Source: an uncultured archaeon | GTDB lineage: Archaea > Asgardarchaeota > Thorarchaeia > Thorarchaeales > Thorarchaeaceae | Direction of reading: 5' to 3' | Assembly (NCBI GenBank): GCA_964458565.1 | Contig: CAYWJO010000002.1 | Location: 32,001-96,000 of the forward strand | DNA length: 64,000 nucleotides | Shown here: piece after piece, positions 50,732-59,712 of the stretch | Layout: each line of letters begins with the position of its first letter | How positions within the stretch are numbered: position 1 is the first letter of the stretch | Notes under the pieces: model-generated | Told to the model about the DNA's origin: nothing | The model's input: only the letters and a program-made list of their open reading frames with translations | The model's database searches: none | Position numbers and translations under genes: made by a program

Positions 50732-51493
50732 GTGAATCTTATTGCAATCATACTAGGAGAAACCAGCATGTGGACGTGTACCAGAAAACAAGCAACAATC
50801 ATTTGTTTGGCTCTCAGTTTCTTAATAATCTTTACACCAATCAAAGCGCAAACTGACTATCCTACCTATGTATTCAATTTTATCGAACTCAAACTTGTGC
50901 AAGAGGAATCAACATCGTTGCTAACTTCTGTACCACTATTCGCATCCGAACCTGAATTAGTTACATTCCTGTCAGATGAAGATGTACTCTTCTGGGAACA
51001 TCTTGGTCCTTTTGATAATAAAATGCAACAGAATACGTCAATTAGTTCATTTGCATTCGTCCGAATCAATGAGACCGGTTTCTTTGAAACAATTATCGGT
51101 TTATCTCCAGACAATCACTCACTCTTATGGATTGAACCTCTATCAAGTGTTGCAGCTGAGAATTTCACTTCATCACTCAATGGATCAATAGAGTTCTTTA
51201 CTAATCAAGACAAATATTGGGGATTGTGTGAGGAAATTTTGGTCCTCCCCGGATCAATAATATCATCCGAATTAGAGAGTGTGTGGAGATACAAATTTTA
51301 TCTGATTGAATCTTCAGAGTTATGGACCTTGTACACTGACTCTATGGGTCATGTTCTTGATGCGGATGTGACGATAACACCTTGTGTATCTTGCACCGTT
51401 TGCCCAATACTTGTTATTCTTGGTTTCACAAGCGTGGTAGTTGTTGTACTAATTGTTATATCAATCAAATCGGGATGGCTAAATAGGACATAA
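50732..51493 (+). CDS. Hypothetical surface protein (signal peptide + C-terminal TM)
   Basis: N-terminal hydrophobic helix; CVSCTVC just before the C-terminal TM; start probably 50768. Confidence 0.65.
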   Translation: MNLIAIILGETSMWTCTRKQATIICLALSFLIIFTPIKAQTDYPTYVFNFIELKLVQEESTSLLTSVPLFASEPELVTFLSDEDVLFWEHLGPFDNKMQQNTSISSFAFVRINETGFFETIIGLSPDNHSLLWIEPLSSVAAENFTSSLNGSIEFFTNQDKYWGLCEEILVLPGSIISSELESVWRYKFYLIESSELWTLYTDSMGHVLDADVTITPCVSCTVCPILVILGFTSVVVVVLIVISIKSGWLNRT

Positions 51494-51501
51494 ATCTAGA
51501 A

Positions 51502-51930
51502 TCAATGATGATGGTCCAACTCTTCGCTCTCTGGCATCGTAAATGTGAATAACCTCGAGAAGGATACACCTGTAATTCCAGATATCCGGTTAGCTAAATC
51601 TTCGATTTGTTTTCTTGTTCCTTTAAGTGCCATTACTTCAAGGCAATGAGCATGTGAAAGATGTATATGAGTGGATGACAGAACCTCTGCTTCAGCTGCA
51701 TGCTGAGCACGAATCATTTCCGCCATTAACTTTGGTTTATGTGTATACACAACCGTGAATGTTGCTGCTTTTCCTTCCTGTTCGAATTCCCATTCCTTGT
51801 CTGAAATGTACATTCTCATTGCATCTCTGATTGCCTCTGACCTTCCAACATAACCAAGTTTCTCAACAATTTGATCGAATTTCGTGAGAAGATCATCAGG
51901 AACCGATACGCCGAATCTCTTCAGTGCCAT
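51502..51930 (-). CDS. nikR: Nickel-responsive regulator NikR
   Basis: RFGVS, RSEAIRDA.R, QH, HIHLSHAHCLEV. Confidence 0.95.
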   Translation of the reverse strand: MALKRFGVSVPDDLLTKFDQIVEKLGYVGRSEAIRDAMRMYISDKEWEFEQEGKAATFTVVYTHKPKLMAEMIRAQHAAEAEVLSSTHIHLSHAHCLEVMALKGTRKQIEDLANRISGITGVSFSRLFTFTMPESEELDHHH

Positions 51931-51950
51931 GACACAAATCACCTAACATA

Positions 51951-51977
51951 GTAACACGATTTATCAAAAAGTAACAC
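51951..51977. promoter_or_regulatory. Putative NikR operator
   Basis: Perfect direct repeat GTAACAC-N13-GTAACAC between divergent nikR and nikM. Confidence 0.65.
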
Positions 51978-52025
51978 ATATAAGAAGATTGCGAAACACT
52001 ATGACAGCACTAGGAAGTGACATCA

Positions 52026-52724
52026 ATGCATGTGCCTGACGGAATATTTCCACTTTGGTTACAGATTCTCATGTATATTATCAGTGGTATAATGCTCGTT
52101 CTTTCTGTTAAGATGATTAATAAGAAATTCGATGACAAGCTCGTGCCCTACATGGGTGTTCTTGCTGCGGTGATATTTGCTGCTCAGCTCATAAACTTTC
52201 CAGTCCCACCATCAAGTGGTCATCTTGTTGGATCCACTCTGCTGGCGGTCATGTTGGGTCCCTGGGGTGGTATGCTTATCATCGCATTAGTCCTGTTTGT
52301 CCAAGCTCTGTCTGGTGATGGTGGTCTCCTGACATATGGTTTGAATTTCTTCAATATGGGCATCTTCTCATGTCTTGTTGGATGGGCACTGGCTCTCGTG
52401 TTATTCAAAGGACTGAAGAGATTCACCGATGAAAAGAGGTCTGTCGTAGTTGCCACAGCAATTGCATCGTATGTTGTAACCGTATTGGCTGCTTTTGTCC
52501 TAGGAATCGAATTGTTCACCACGACTGAGTATGGCATAGCTCTGGTTCCCATTACAGCGATTCATGCAATCATTGGCATTGGTGAAGCTATTCTTACATT
52601 TGTCATTCTTCTCTACTTCGTTAAAGCCAAGCCACAGGTGATCTCATTCTTGAAGGAGAGTGAGGTTTCGGAGATGGCTAGGGTACCAGTAGTGCCTCTT
52701 CCAATCCAACAGGTTGGGGAGTGA
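52026..52724 (+). CDS. nikM: NikM/CbiM substrate-binding subunit
   Basis: N-terminal MHVPDG, SSGHLVG, GDGG, HA.IG.GEA. Confidence 0.93.
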   Translation: MHVPDGIFPLWLQILMYIISGIMLVLSVKMINKKFDDKLVPYMGVLAAVIFAAQLINFPVPPSSGHLVGSTLLAVMLGPWGGMLIIALVLFVQALSGDGGLLTYGLNFFNMGIFSCLVGWALALVLFKGLKRFTDEKRSVVVATAIASYVVTVLAAFVLGIELFTTTEYGIALVPITAIHAIIGIGEAILTFVILLYFVKAKPQVISFLKESEVSEMARVPVVPLPIQQVGE

Positions 52725-53014
52725 TACTCATGAACAAGAACGAAACATTAAAGTATGCATTACCACTCATCGTAGCAATCGTCATAGTATCCAGTATGAT
52801 TCTATTGGGGTTAGCATCCCAGAACCCAGATGGATTTGAGTGGTCGCTCTTCGATGTGGCTGGTGCTGAAGAACCGACGGGTGGTTTTGAAGGAATCTGG
52901 GCTTTCCTAGGGGACGGTGTTTTCATTGAAGCGATTACTGGAATTCTGGGGATTCTTGCGATTCTTTTAATTGGATATGGTGTCTTCTGGTTAACCTCAA
53001 GAAAGACAAAATAG
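52721..53014 (+). CDS. NikN-like PDGLE-domain protein
   Basis: ASQNPDGFE between two TMs. Confidence 0.85.
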   Translation: MILMNKNETLKYALPLIVAIVIVSSMILLGLASQNPDGFEWSLFDVAGAEEPTGGFEGIWAFLGDGVFIEAITGILGILAILLIGYGVFWLTSRKTK

Positions 53015-53028
53015 ATGGAGTACACCAT

Positions 53029-53808
53029 ATGGGTAAGTTTCTATTACCCTTCATCGAAGGGCGAAAGACAGATAGTACGTTTTCGCCCCCTTCCATCTTC
53101 TTATCTGCCTTCATCATGGCTGTCCTGCTTTCAGTGCAGACAGAACTGTTGAACCTATTTGGCCTGATCAGCCTTGTAGTATTAATCGGTACACTGGCAG
53201 GAACACGATGGCGGAGTGTCCTTTCTCTTGCAGCAAGATTTGAAGTTGTCATCCTTTTCTGGATAGTGCTGCTCCCCTTCTCTTATGGGAATTCAATTCT
53301 ATTTACTATTCCCACACCATGGGGTAGTATCTCTGCTTACAGGGAGGGACTTGATCTTGGCTTTCTTATAGGGCTACGTATCTTTGGTATAGTTACACTG
53401 TTTCTTGCAGCCCTCTCCCACATCTCTCTCGGTGAGTTCATTGGTGCACTCAAGACGCTAAGAATTCCTACTGCAATACTAGGATCTCTCCTCATAATGC
53501 TCCGTTATATTCCTCTTTTTCTTGAAGAACGCAGTAGATTACAGGAAGCACAACAGCTCAGAGGATTTCAGAGGGGAACTCGTTTCGAGCGTATAAAGTC
53601 GCTAGGATTCCTTGTTGGTTCAATCATCGACCATGCAATGGACAGAAGTGTTGCAGTGTATGAGGCAATGACCTTACGAGGCTTTGGTCACGGAATGTTC
53701 ATTGTTGGAGTCGGTCCAAGACGGAATGATGTTCTCCTCTTTCTTGGCTTAATCATCTTGATTTTTGGGCTCTTTCATCAACAGATTTTGGAGGTCTTAC
53801 TTGGATGA
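53029..53808 (+). CDS. NikQ/CbiQ transmembrane subunit
   Basis: LRYIPLF, QQLRG, AMTLRGF. Confidence 0.9.
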   Translation: MGKFLLPFIEGRKTDSTFSPPSIFLSAFIMAVLLSVQTELLNLFGLISLVVLIGTLAGTRWRSVLSLAARFEVVILFWIVLLPFSYGNSILFTIPTPWGSISAYREGLDLGFLIGLRIFGIVTLFLAALSHISLGEFIGALKTLRIPTAILGSLLIMLRYIPLFLEERSRLQEAQQLRGFQRGTRFERIKSLGFLVGSIIDHAMDRSVAVYEAMTLRGFGHGMFIVGVGPRRNDVLLFLGLIILIFGLFHQQILEVLLG

Positions 53809-54557
53809 CCTGCGCAATAGAAATCAACAACCTCAACTTCAGTTATGGAACGTTTTCGCTTCAAGATGTATGCATGAGTCTGCATCTTGGTGAGCAGAAA
53901 GCACTTGTTGGTCTAAACGGTTCTGGAAAGACCACGCTCTTTAAGCTGATTCTTGGTTTGCTTGAACCAACATCTGGGACCATCCACATCTTTGAACGAA
54001 AGGTCGAACGAGAGAACCTCTGGGCGATTCGGAAGGATGTTGGATTCCTCTTTCAGAGTCCAGAAGACCAGCTCTTTGCACCAACGGTATGGGAGGATGT
54101 GGCCTTTGGTCCACGAAATCTTGGAATGACTGAGGAAGAAGTTGAGGAGCGAGTAAAATGGTCTCTTGATGTGGTGGGGATGTTGGACTTTATCAACCGT
54201 CCCGTGAATCAGTTAAGCCACGGGCAAGCAAAACGGGTTGCTCTAGCTGGGATTATTGCCATGCGTCCAAAGATACTGCTTCTGGATGAGCCCCTTGCTG
54301 GGCTTGACTTTCCCATGATTTCAGCAATGGTCGACATTATTCAGAATCTTCGAGGTGAGGGCATCAGTGTTCTCTATACAACTCACAATCTCTTCTTTCT
54401 GGAGAATTGGACTGACTCTATGGCAGTCCTGCATGAGGGTAGAATGATCTATGACGGTCCTGTGGAACAAGCTCTAAAGGACCCCAATATCAGTCATCAG
54501 ACTGGTGACTGGGATGAGCTGAGGTGTCGAATGAGGCGATATCGAGGACTGGATTGA
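53805..54557 (+). CDS. NikO/CbiO ABC ATPase
   Basis: GLNGSGKT, FQSPEDQLF, LSHGQ, LLDEP. Confidence 0.93.
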   Translation: MTCAIEINNLNFSYGTFSLQDVCMSLHLGEQKALVGLNGSGKTTLFKLILGLLEPTSGTIHIFERKVERENLWAIRKDVGFLFQSPEDQLFAPTVWEDVAFGPRNLGMTEEEVEERVKWSLDVVGMLDFINRPVNQLSHGQAKRVALAGIIAMRPKILLLDEPLAGLDFPMISAMVDIIQNLRGEGISVLYTTHNLFFLENWTDSMAVLHEGRMIYDGPVEQALKDPNISHQTGDWDELRCRMRRYRGLD

Positions 54558-54604
54558 AACCGCGATATGGTTAAAAAGTGAAGGTGTCAGAGTTCTGTTA
54601 GCAG

Positions 54605-54724
54605 GCGGAGGTTGCCAAGCCAGGTCAAAGGCGCAAGGTTCAGATCCTTGTCCTGTAGGGGTTCGCGAGACTTCCTGTAATTCATAGACTGGAAGCGCGT
54701 ATTCGAATCTCGCCCTCCGCACCA
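54605..54724 (+). tRNA. tRNA-Leu (CAG) with 32-nt intron at 53/54 (54670-54701)
   Basis: Acceptor GCGGAGG/CCTCCGC-A-CCA; anticodon arm CAAGG-TTCAGAT-CCTTG; long variable arm; T arm GCGAG-TTCGAAT-CTCGC restored by removing 54670-54701. Confidence 0.93.
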
Positions 54725-54875
54725 TGTATATTTCTGCTACAGTCAAGCTTGATGCCTATAGACTCTCCTTATCTTACTCAGGTTTTCTTCTATTTCTCAG
54801 TCGGTTTACTCCCACATAGCAGGAAAAACACCGATTGCACAAGATACACCTATGCTGAAAATCAGCTGGTCATCG

Positions 54876-55517
54876 CTAGGTTTTATCACGTAGTCGAAAT
54901 GATGGTATGAGTTTACCTGTCCGTTTCATGTATTCAGTATACTCCTCACCAAACTGGTCAATCATCATCTGCTCTTCACCAGGTATTCTTCTATAGTTTA
55001 CCAATATTGTATACATAAAAAACAGAATAACTAACACATCAAGGGAGATAAGACACAATCCTATTGTATAGACAAACATACCAAGATACATCGGGTGTCG
55101 GACTCTCCTATATGGACCTGTTGTGATTAACTTATGATCTTCGTATATCTCTAGAGCGATTGACCATTGAGAATCAAGATGTCGGTGAACCCAGATTAAG
55201 TAGAGAATTGATATTGATGCCAAAATTGCTCCTGACCACTGAACCCATTCATCAAGTGGAATGTGAGTCCATGTCCACCACGGAGGTGCCAGGAAATACA
55301 AGATAATTCCTAGTACTCCTATCACTGCAAAAACTGCTGCTAGAGCTATCCCGCCTCTCCCCATTTCAGATTCAGCTGTCTTCAGTTTTTCTTTCATGCC
55401 ATCCAGACTGTCATGTGTCTTAGTTTTTCTGCCATAGTATCCTCTAACAACAGCTATACTAATCCATAAGCTGAGTAGTATGATTCGAAAGATGAGATTC
55501 ATATCCAATTTGTTCAC
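54876..55517 (-). CDS. Isoprenylcysteine carboxyl methyltransferase family protein
   Basis: HKLITTGPY..VRHPMY, EE..M...FG..Y..Y. Confidence 0.9.
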   Translation of the reverse strand: MNKLDMNLIFRIILLSLWISIAVVRGYYGRKTKTHDSLDGMKEKLKTAESEMGRGGIALAAVFAVIGVLGIILYFLAPPWWTWTHIPLDEWVQWSGAILASISILYLIWVHRHLDSQWSIALEIYEDHKLITTGPYRRVRHPMYLGMFVYTIGLCLISLDVLVILFFMYTILVNYRRIPGEEQMMIDQFGEEYTEYMKRTGKLIPSFRLRDKT

Positions 55518-55705
55518 CTCATGATTTGCTTCACTCTAAACATCAAAAATTTAGACACATCTAACTTTTTTTACTTTCTCTATCAGAGCAATGGTGTCTG
55601 AATTTCATCTCTCCTACTACTATTATCAGTAGTGAAACCATTTTGTAAATAAACGTGGAAATAAACTGCCATCCAATTTTTAGGATTGCTTCATTTTCAT
55701 ACACA

Positions 55706-55826
55706 CTCCCGTAACAGGAGCTTAAATCATTTGAAATGCTCAAATTACACCTTAGACTGTTATTGACAGTACTAAGATTTGTAGTACGCGGGAAATGGTC
55801 TAAGGAGGAGTTTCAAATGATGGGAG
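55706..55826. other. Nested inverted-repeat element (structured RNA or MITE-like remnant)
   Basis: Nested stems CTCCC/GGGAG, ATCATTTGAAA/TTTCAAATGAT, CCTTAGAC/GTCTAAGG, GTACTA/TAGTAC. Confidence 0.55.
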
Positions 55827-55953
55827 CGCTGACAACGTTTCTCATCATTCTTTTTTTGAACATAAAATCCATACAATTTATGCTGTGTTTGCAATCTCTA
55901 CTCCTTTGTTAATTGGGGGAAAAGCAGGGGCATCTTGATTAAAGAAGGAGAAA

Positions 55954-56376
55954 TCACTCGATATTGATGTATCCCTGTTTTTTAAGAAACTGACCAAATT
56001 CCACATCTGTCTTTTTGATGTGATTGTAAAGCCAATTAATCAAGTATGTGTTGATTGAGTTGCTGAGTGTCTTTGTAGCGCCATCTTCTTTCCAATCTTC
56101 AATCATGGTATTTACCATATTTTTGAATTCATCGTGTTGTTGAAGATGGTCATTCATTGCAGGATATTTTAATCTAGACATGTGTTTTTCCTCTGTCGAG
56201 AAATGGAAATTTGTATACTCGAGCATGAAGTCAATTGTTTTCAAAATCTCTTGTATTCCCTGCTGTGCATCTACTGCCTTAGATAGGTCACTAATTCGGT
56301 CAATGAGCATTTTGTGCTGTTCATCAATCAAATTAATCCCAACAGAAAGGCTATCATCCCATTCAATCTTCGTCAT
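55954..56376 (-). CDS. Bacteriohemerythrin
   Basis: W...SVG..IDEQH, HFSTEE, H...H, WL..HI..D. Confidence 0.95.
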   Translation of the reverse strand: MTKIEWDDSLSVGINLIDEQHKMLIDRISDLSKAVDAQQGIQEILKTIDFMLEYTNFHFSTEEKHMSRLKYPAMNDHLQQHDEFKNMVNTMIEDWKEDGATKTLSNSINTYLINWLYNHIKKTDVEFGQFLKKQGYINIE

Positions 56377-56485
56377 AGTTCAACAAACCCATTATACCCA
56401 GTATAAAGATTTCTGAATCTCGTTATGCTGATGGTTGCTTAATCCGTGTATATCTTCATCACTCAATTGGTCATATTCTGCACTC

Positions 56486-56929
56486 TTACGGTTTAGGTCT
56501 TGGCATAAGGAATAGGGTTTCTACTCTCTCAATACCTTCAAGCTTGTCGATTTTACCTGTCATGAATTTTGATAGGTCATTCATATCCTTTAGTTGTGCT
56601 AGACAAAGAAAATTCGATGGCCCTGTAGTCCAGAAGATTTTGGAAATTTCCTCATACCTCTCAAGAGCTCTATAGATTTGATCCGATGTTCCCGGTTTTG
56701 TAGTTAATAGAATGATGACCTGTATCTCATACCCAAGTTTTCGATAATCTACGTCAATTGTGAATCTCTCTATTATTCCTTTATCTACGAGACGTGCAAG
56801 TCTGTTCCTGATTGAGCTGGGACTAAGAGGAACGATTTTGGCCATCTCTCTGAGTGAAGTTCGAGAGTTCTCCTTGAGTATTTCAATCAGTTTTTGGTCG
56901 ATGTCGTTTCCGCTCTCCAAAAATCCCAC
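56486..56929 (-). CDS. Lrp/AsnC family regulator
   Basis: IDQKLIEIL.ENSR, GIIERFT, TG..F. Confidence 0.92.
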   Translation of the reverse strand: MGFLESGNDIDQKLIEILKENSRTSLREMAKIVPLSPSSIRNRLARLVDKGIIERFTIDVDYRKLGYEIQVIILLTTKPGTSDQIYRALERYEEISKIFWTTGPSNFLCLAQLKDMNDLSKFMTGKIDKLEGIERVETLFLMPRPKP

Positions 56930-57007
56930 CTATTTTCTACTGTATTAACAGTACCTTTGTAACTTGAAGTGAATGATAAAGATTGAGTGTCTAGATATGA
57001 TGGAATC

Positions 57008-57406
57008 TTATGACTTGACTCGTCGAATGAAATGAATATCCATAACAGACCAATACTCAACTTCCACATTAAGTTCAATTTTGGGTGCGATTTCCTCATC
57101 TGTAGGTTTTGGGATGTCGAAAGTTGCGTAAGTTTCAGTATCCATAAGACTCAAAGTTTCACCCATATCAGCGATGATAGTTGCACTACGCTTGTCAATG
57201 ACAGGAACATCAACCATACGGTCCGCTGGCATAATCACGTTTCTCTTTCTATTGTCAAAAAGTCCCTTAGCAGTTATATTCGCCTTAGCAGCTCCATGTT
57301 TACCAGGTTTTGATTTCTCTATACTGATTACTTGGCAGGGTTCATCTTCAATCATGAAATAACTACCTGGTTTCAGGCTTTTGACAATTGATTTCTTGAT
57401 GCTCAA
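57008..57406 (-). CDS. eif5a: Translation factor aIF5A
   Basis: SKPGKHGAAK hypusine loop. Confidence 0.96.
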   Translation of the reverse strand: MSIKKSIVKSLKPGSYFMIEDEPCQVISIEKSKPGKHGAAKANITAKGLFDNRKRNVIMPADRMVDVPVIDKRSATIIADMGETLSLMDTETYATFDIPKPTDEEIAPKIELNVEVEYWSVMDIHFIRRVKS

Positions 57407-57523
57407 TTCAATTCACCAATCCTTTTATGCAGACCTTGGTGAGAATGTGTTCATATTCTATTCAAATACTTTGCGGGGGGTTATAACAGCAACATCAAAA
57501 AGGAAAACATGATGTCGTGATTC

Positions 57524-58411
57524 TTGGTGTCAACTTTGATTGAGGAGAGCCCTCAAATCCTGAGTTCAAAACGAGCTGTTGGTCTCGTTTGTAAACCAGG
57601 TCGCCCTGATATCGCTCAGGTCGCCATTGATGTGGTCGAATACCTACAAAAGAATGATATTGAGGTATTTGTCGACCATGGTTCATGCGAATGTGTACAC
57701 GACAAAGCTACTCTACATCGGATATGTGATATGGATGTTGATTTTGTTGTAACCGTCGGTGGCGATGGTACCATTCTCTATACATTATCGCGTCTAAAAA
57801 CTCGAGAAACGCCTCTATTTTGTATCAATAAGGGTACAGTTGGTTTTATGACGGAAGCCAACACGGAGGATGCTGTAGGTGCATTGGAAAAAGTGTTGAA
57901 AAACGAATGCATTATTGAGAGCAATTTGAATCTTGCATCTGGAGTAGAAGACCGCCGTTTTGAGGATGCATTAAATGAGGTATACGTTGTGTCAATGGTA
58001 CCTGGACGACTTCTGACTTTCAGAGTATTCATCAATGGCATAGAAGTTGATTATGGTAGAGCAGATGGTGCGATGATTGCAACTCCAGGGGGATCAACTG
58101 CATATGCACTCGCAGCAGGTGGATCTGTTCTTACCCCCAGAGTGCATGGATTGATTTTTGTTCCCGTGTGTCCGCCGCGGTTTGAATTGAAATCAATGGT
58201 TATTCCTGATGACTCCCTAATAGAATTGGAATTGGTCAAACCTGAAGCAAATGCTCTCGCAGTGATAGATGGTCAAGTTAGACATGGGGTTGATGCAGGA
58301 AATACCATTTGGATGAAAAAATCCGAAGGTGTGAGTAGATTCATCCGCATCTATGACAATTACTATGATCGTCTAAGAACCAGACTGGAGCCTCGCGAAT
58401 CGGTGAACTAG
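57524..58411 (+). CDS. nadK: NAD kinase
   Basis: GGDGT, ALNE, DG..IATP.GSTAY..AAGG. Confidence 0.95.
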   Translation: MVSTLIEESPQILSSKRAVGLVCKPGRPDIAQVAIDVVEYLQKNDIEVFVDHGSCECVHDKATLHRICDMDVDFVVTVGGDGTILYTLSRLKTRETPLFCINKGTVGFMTEANTEDAVGALEKVLKNECIIESNLNLASGVEDRRFEDALNEVYVVSMVPGRLLTFRVFINGIEVDYGRADGAMIATPGGSTAYALAAGGSVLTPRVHGLIFVPVCPPRFELKSMVIPDDSLIELELVKPEANALAVIDGQVRHGVDAGNTIWMKKSEGVSRFIRIYDNYYDRLRTRLEPRESVN

Positions 58412-58936
58412 ATGACAACAGTCTATGTATTAGATACTTCAGCCTTGCTAAGTACATGGACGCAACAACAACATGAGGTTGTATTTCTTACAACATCGCA
58501 TGTTCTAAGTGAGCTCATGAACCGTCCAAGTAAATCACGAGCTGAATCATTGATCTCTGCAGATCTACTACAAGTCAGAGAACCTGATACCAAAGATATC
58601 TCACAAGTGAAGAAATCAACTAAAGAGAGTGGTGATAGTGTTAGTCTATCTATTACAGATGTTGGTATAGTAGCACTTGCATTAGCAGAATTTAACCTCG
58701 GTGTCAATCCAATTCTGGTGTCCTCCGATTTTGCAGTTCTAAATACTGCACTTCATCTTGGTATATCAATCCTTGATCTCTCTGGGAAGATGCGTGAGCA
58801 ACGCGTCTGGATATACGTATGTCCTGCATGTAAGCATAGAGAAAATCAGCCAGTTCTAAATATGGAATGTCCCACATGTGGTACAATTATGCAACGTAGA
58901 GCCACCAGAAGGTGGAATTTGAGTGAATCGAAGTAA
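58412..58936 (+). CDS. nob1: Nob1-like PIN endonuclease with zinc ribbon
   Basis: VLDTSA, LSITD...ALA, SSDFAVLN, CPAC..CPTCG. Confidence 0.88.
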   Translation: MTTVYVLDTSALLSTWTQQQHEVVFLTTSHVLSELMNRPSKSRAESLISADLLQVREPDTKDISQVKKSTKESGDSVSLSITDVGIVALALAEFNLGVNPILVSSDFAVLNTALHLGISILDLSGKMREQRVWIYVCPACKHRENQPVLNMECPTCGTIMQRRATRRWNLSESK

Positions 58937-58992
58937 TACCTTGGTTATACTACTCGTTATGTTCTGTTGTGTGCAATTCTCAATGATAACGG

Positions 58993-59271
58993 GTGCCAAA
59001 AGTGACAGAGAAACCAATGTTACCAATCAATCGAGACCTAGATGACATCAAGGCACAGGTTCGAAAAGAGCTTGATACAGTACGCGACTTGATGAGCACC
59101 CTATCTTATCATACAAGCACTCCTGGTTGGCGTTCACCAATCCAGCTTCATAGACTACGCAGGGCATTGCGAATTCATTATTTGGCATTGAAAATACGCG
59201 AGACAGCTCCAGTACCTGCAAGTATGAGGAAACTAGCATGGGATTTTGATGCACCTTTTGATTTGAGTTAG
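58993..59271 (+). CDS. Hypothetical helical protein
   Basis: 92-aa ORF filling the gap between convergent genes. Confidence 0.5.
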   Translation: MPKVTEKPMLPINRDLDDIKAQVRKELDTVRDLMSTLSYHTSTPGWRSPIQLHRLRRALRIHYLALKIRETAPVPASMRKLAWDFDAPFDLS

Positions 59272-59273
59272 TT

Positions 59274-59693
59274 TCATTCTCCGATTATCATGACCTCAAG
59301 TTTCCTATCTCTTTGTCTGACATCAAAATCAACAAATGTGATCTGTTGCCATGTCCCCAGAGTCAGCTGATTATTGACAATTGGAACTGTTATACTAGGA
59401 CCAATAATTGAGGCTCTAATATGTGAATGTCCATTTCCATCGTGCCAGCGAAGATGATGTTCATAGACAGCTCCTTCTGGAGCTATTCGTTCCATCGCAT
59501 CTGGAAAGTCTTTCAGAAGTCCGCCCTCGTATTCAATTGTGATTATTCCTCCTGTTGAACCTACACAAAATACTGTACAGATACCATTAGAGAAACCACA
59601 TTCTGAAACAATTCTATTTACTTCTTGTGTGACATCAATCATTTCACAATTACCCTTTGTCTGAAAATGTATCTGCTTATGATAGGTGCCCAT
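59274..59693 (-). CDS. YjbQ (UPF0047) family protein
   Basis: GNGHSHIRAS, LGTWQQI..DFD; GGAGG RBS before ATG 59693. Confidence 0.93.
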   Translation of the reverse strand: MGTYHKQIHFQTKGNCEMIDVTQEVNRIVSECGFSNGICTVFCVGSTGGIITIEYEGGLLKDFPDAMERIAPEGAVYEHHLRWHDGNGHSHIRASIIGPSITVPIVNNQLTLGTWQQITFVDFDVRQRDRKLEVMIIGE

Positions 59694-59712
59694 AGTTTTA
59701 CGCCTCCTAGTT

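Noticed and set aside
43080-54724. Integrated element bounded by tRNA-His and tRNA-Leu
   Set aside because: No duplicated tRNA 3' end (att) and no integrase found.
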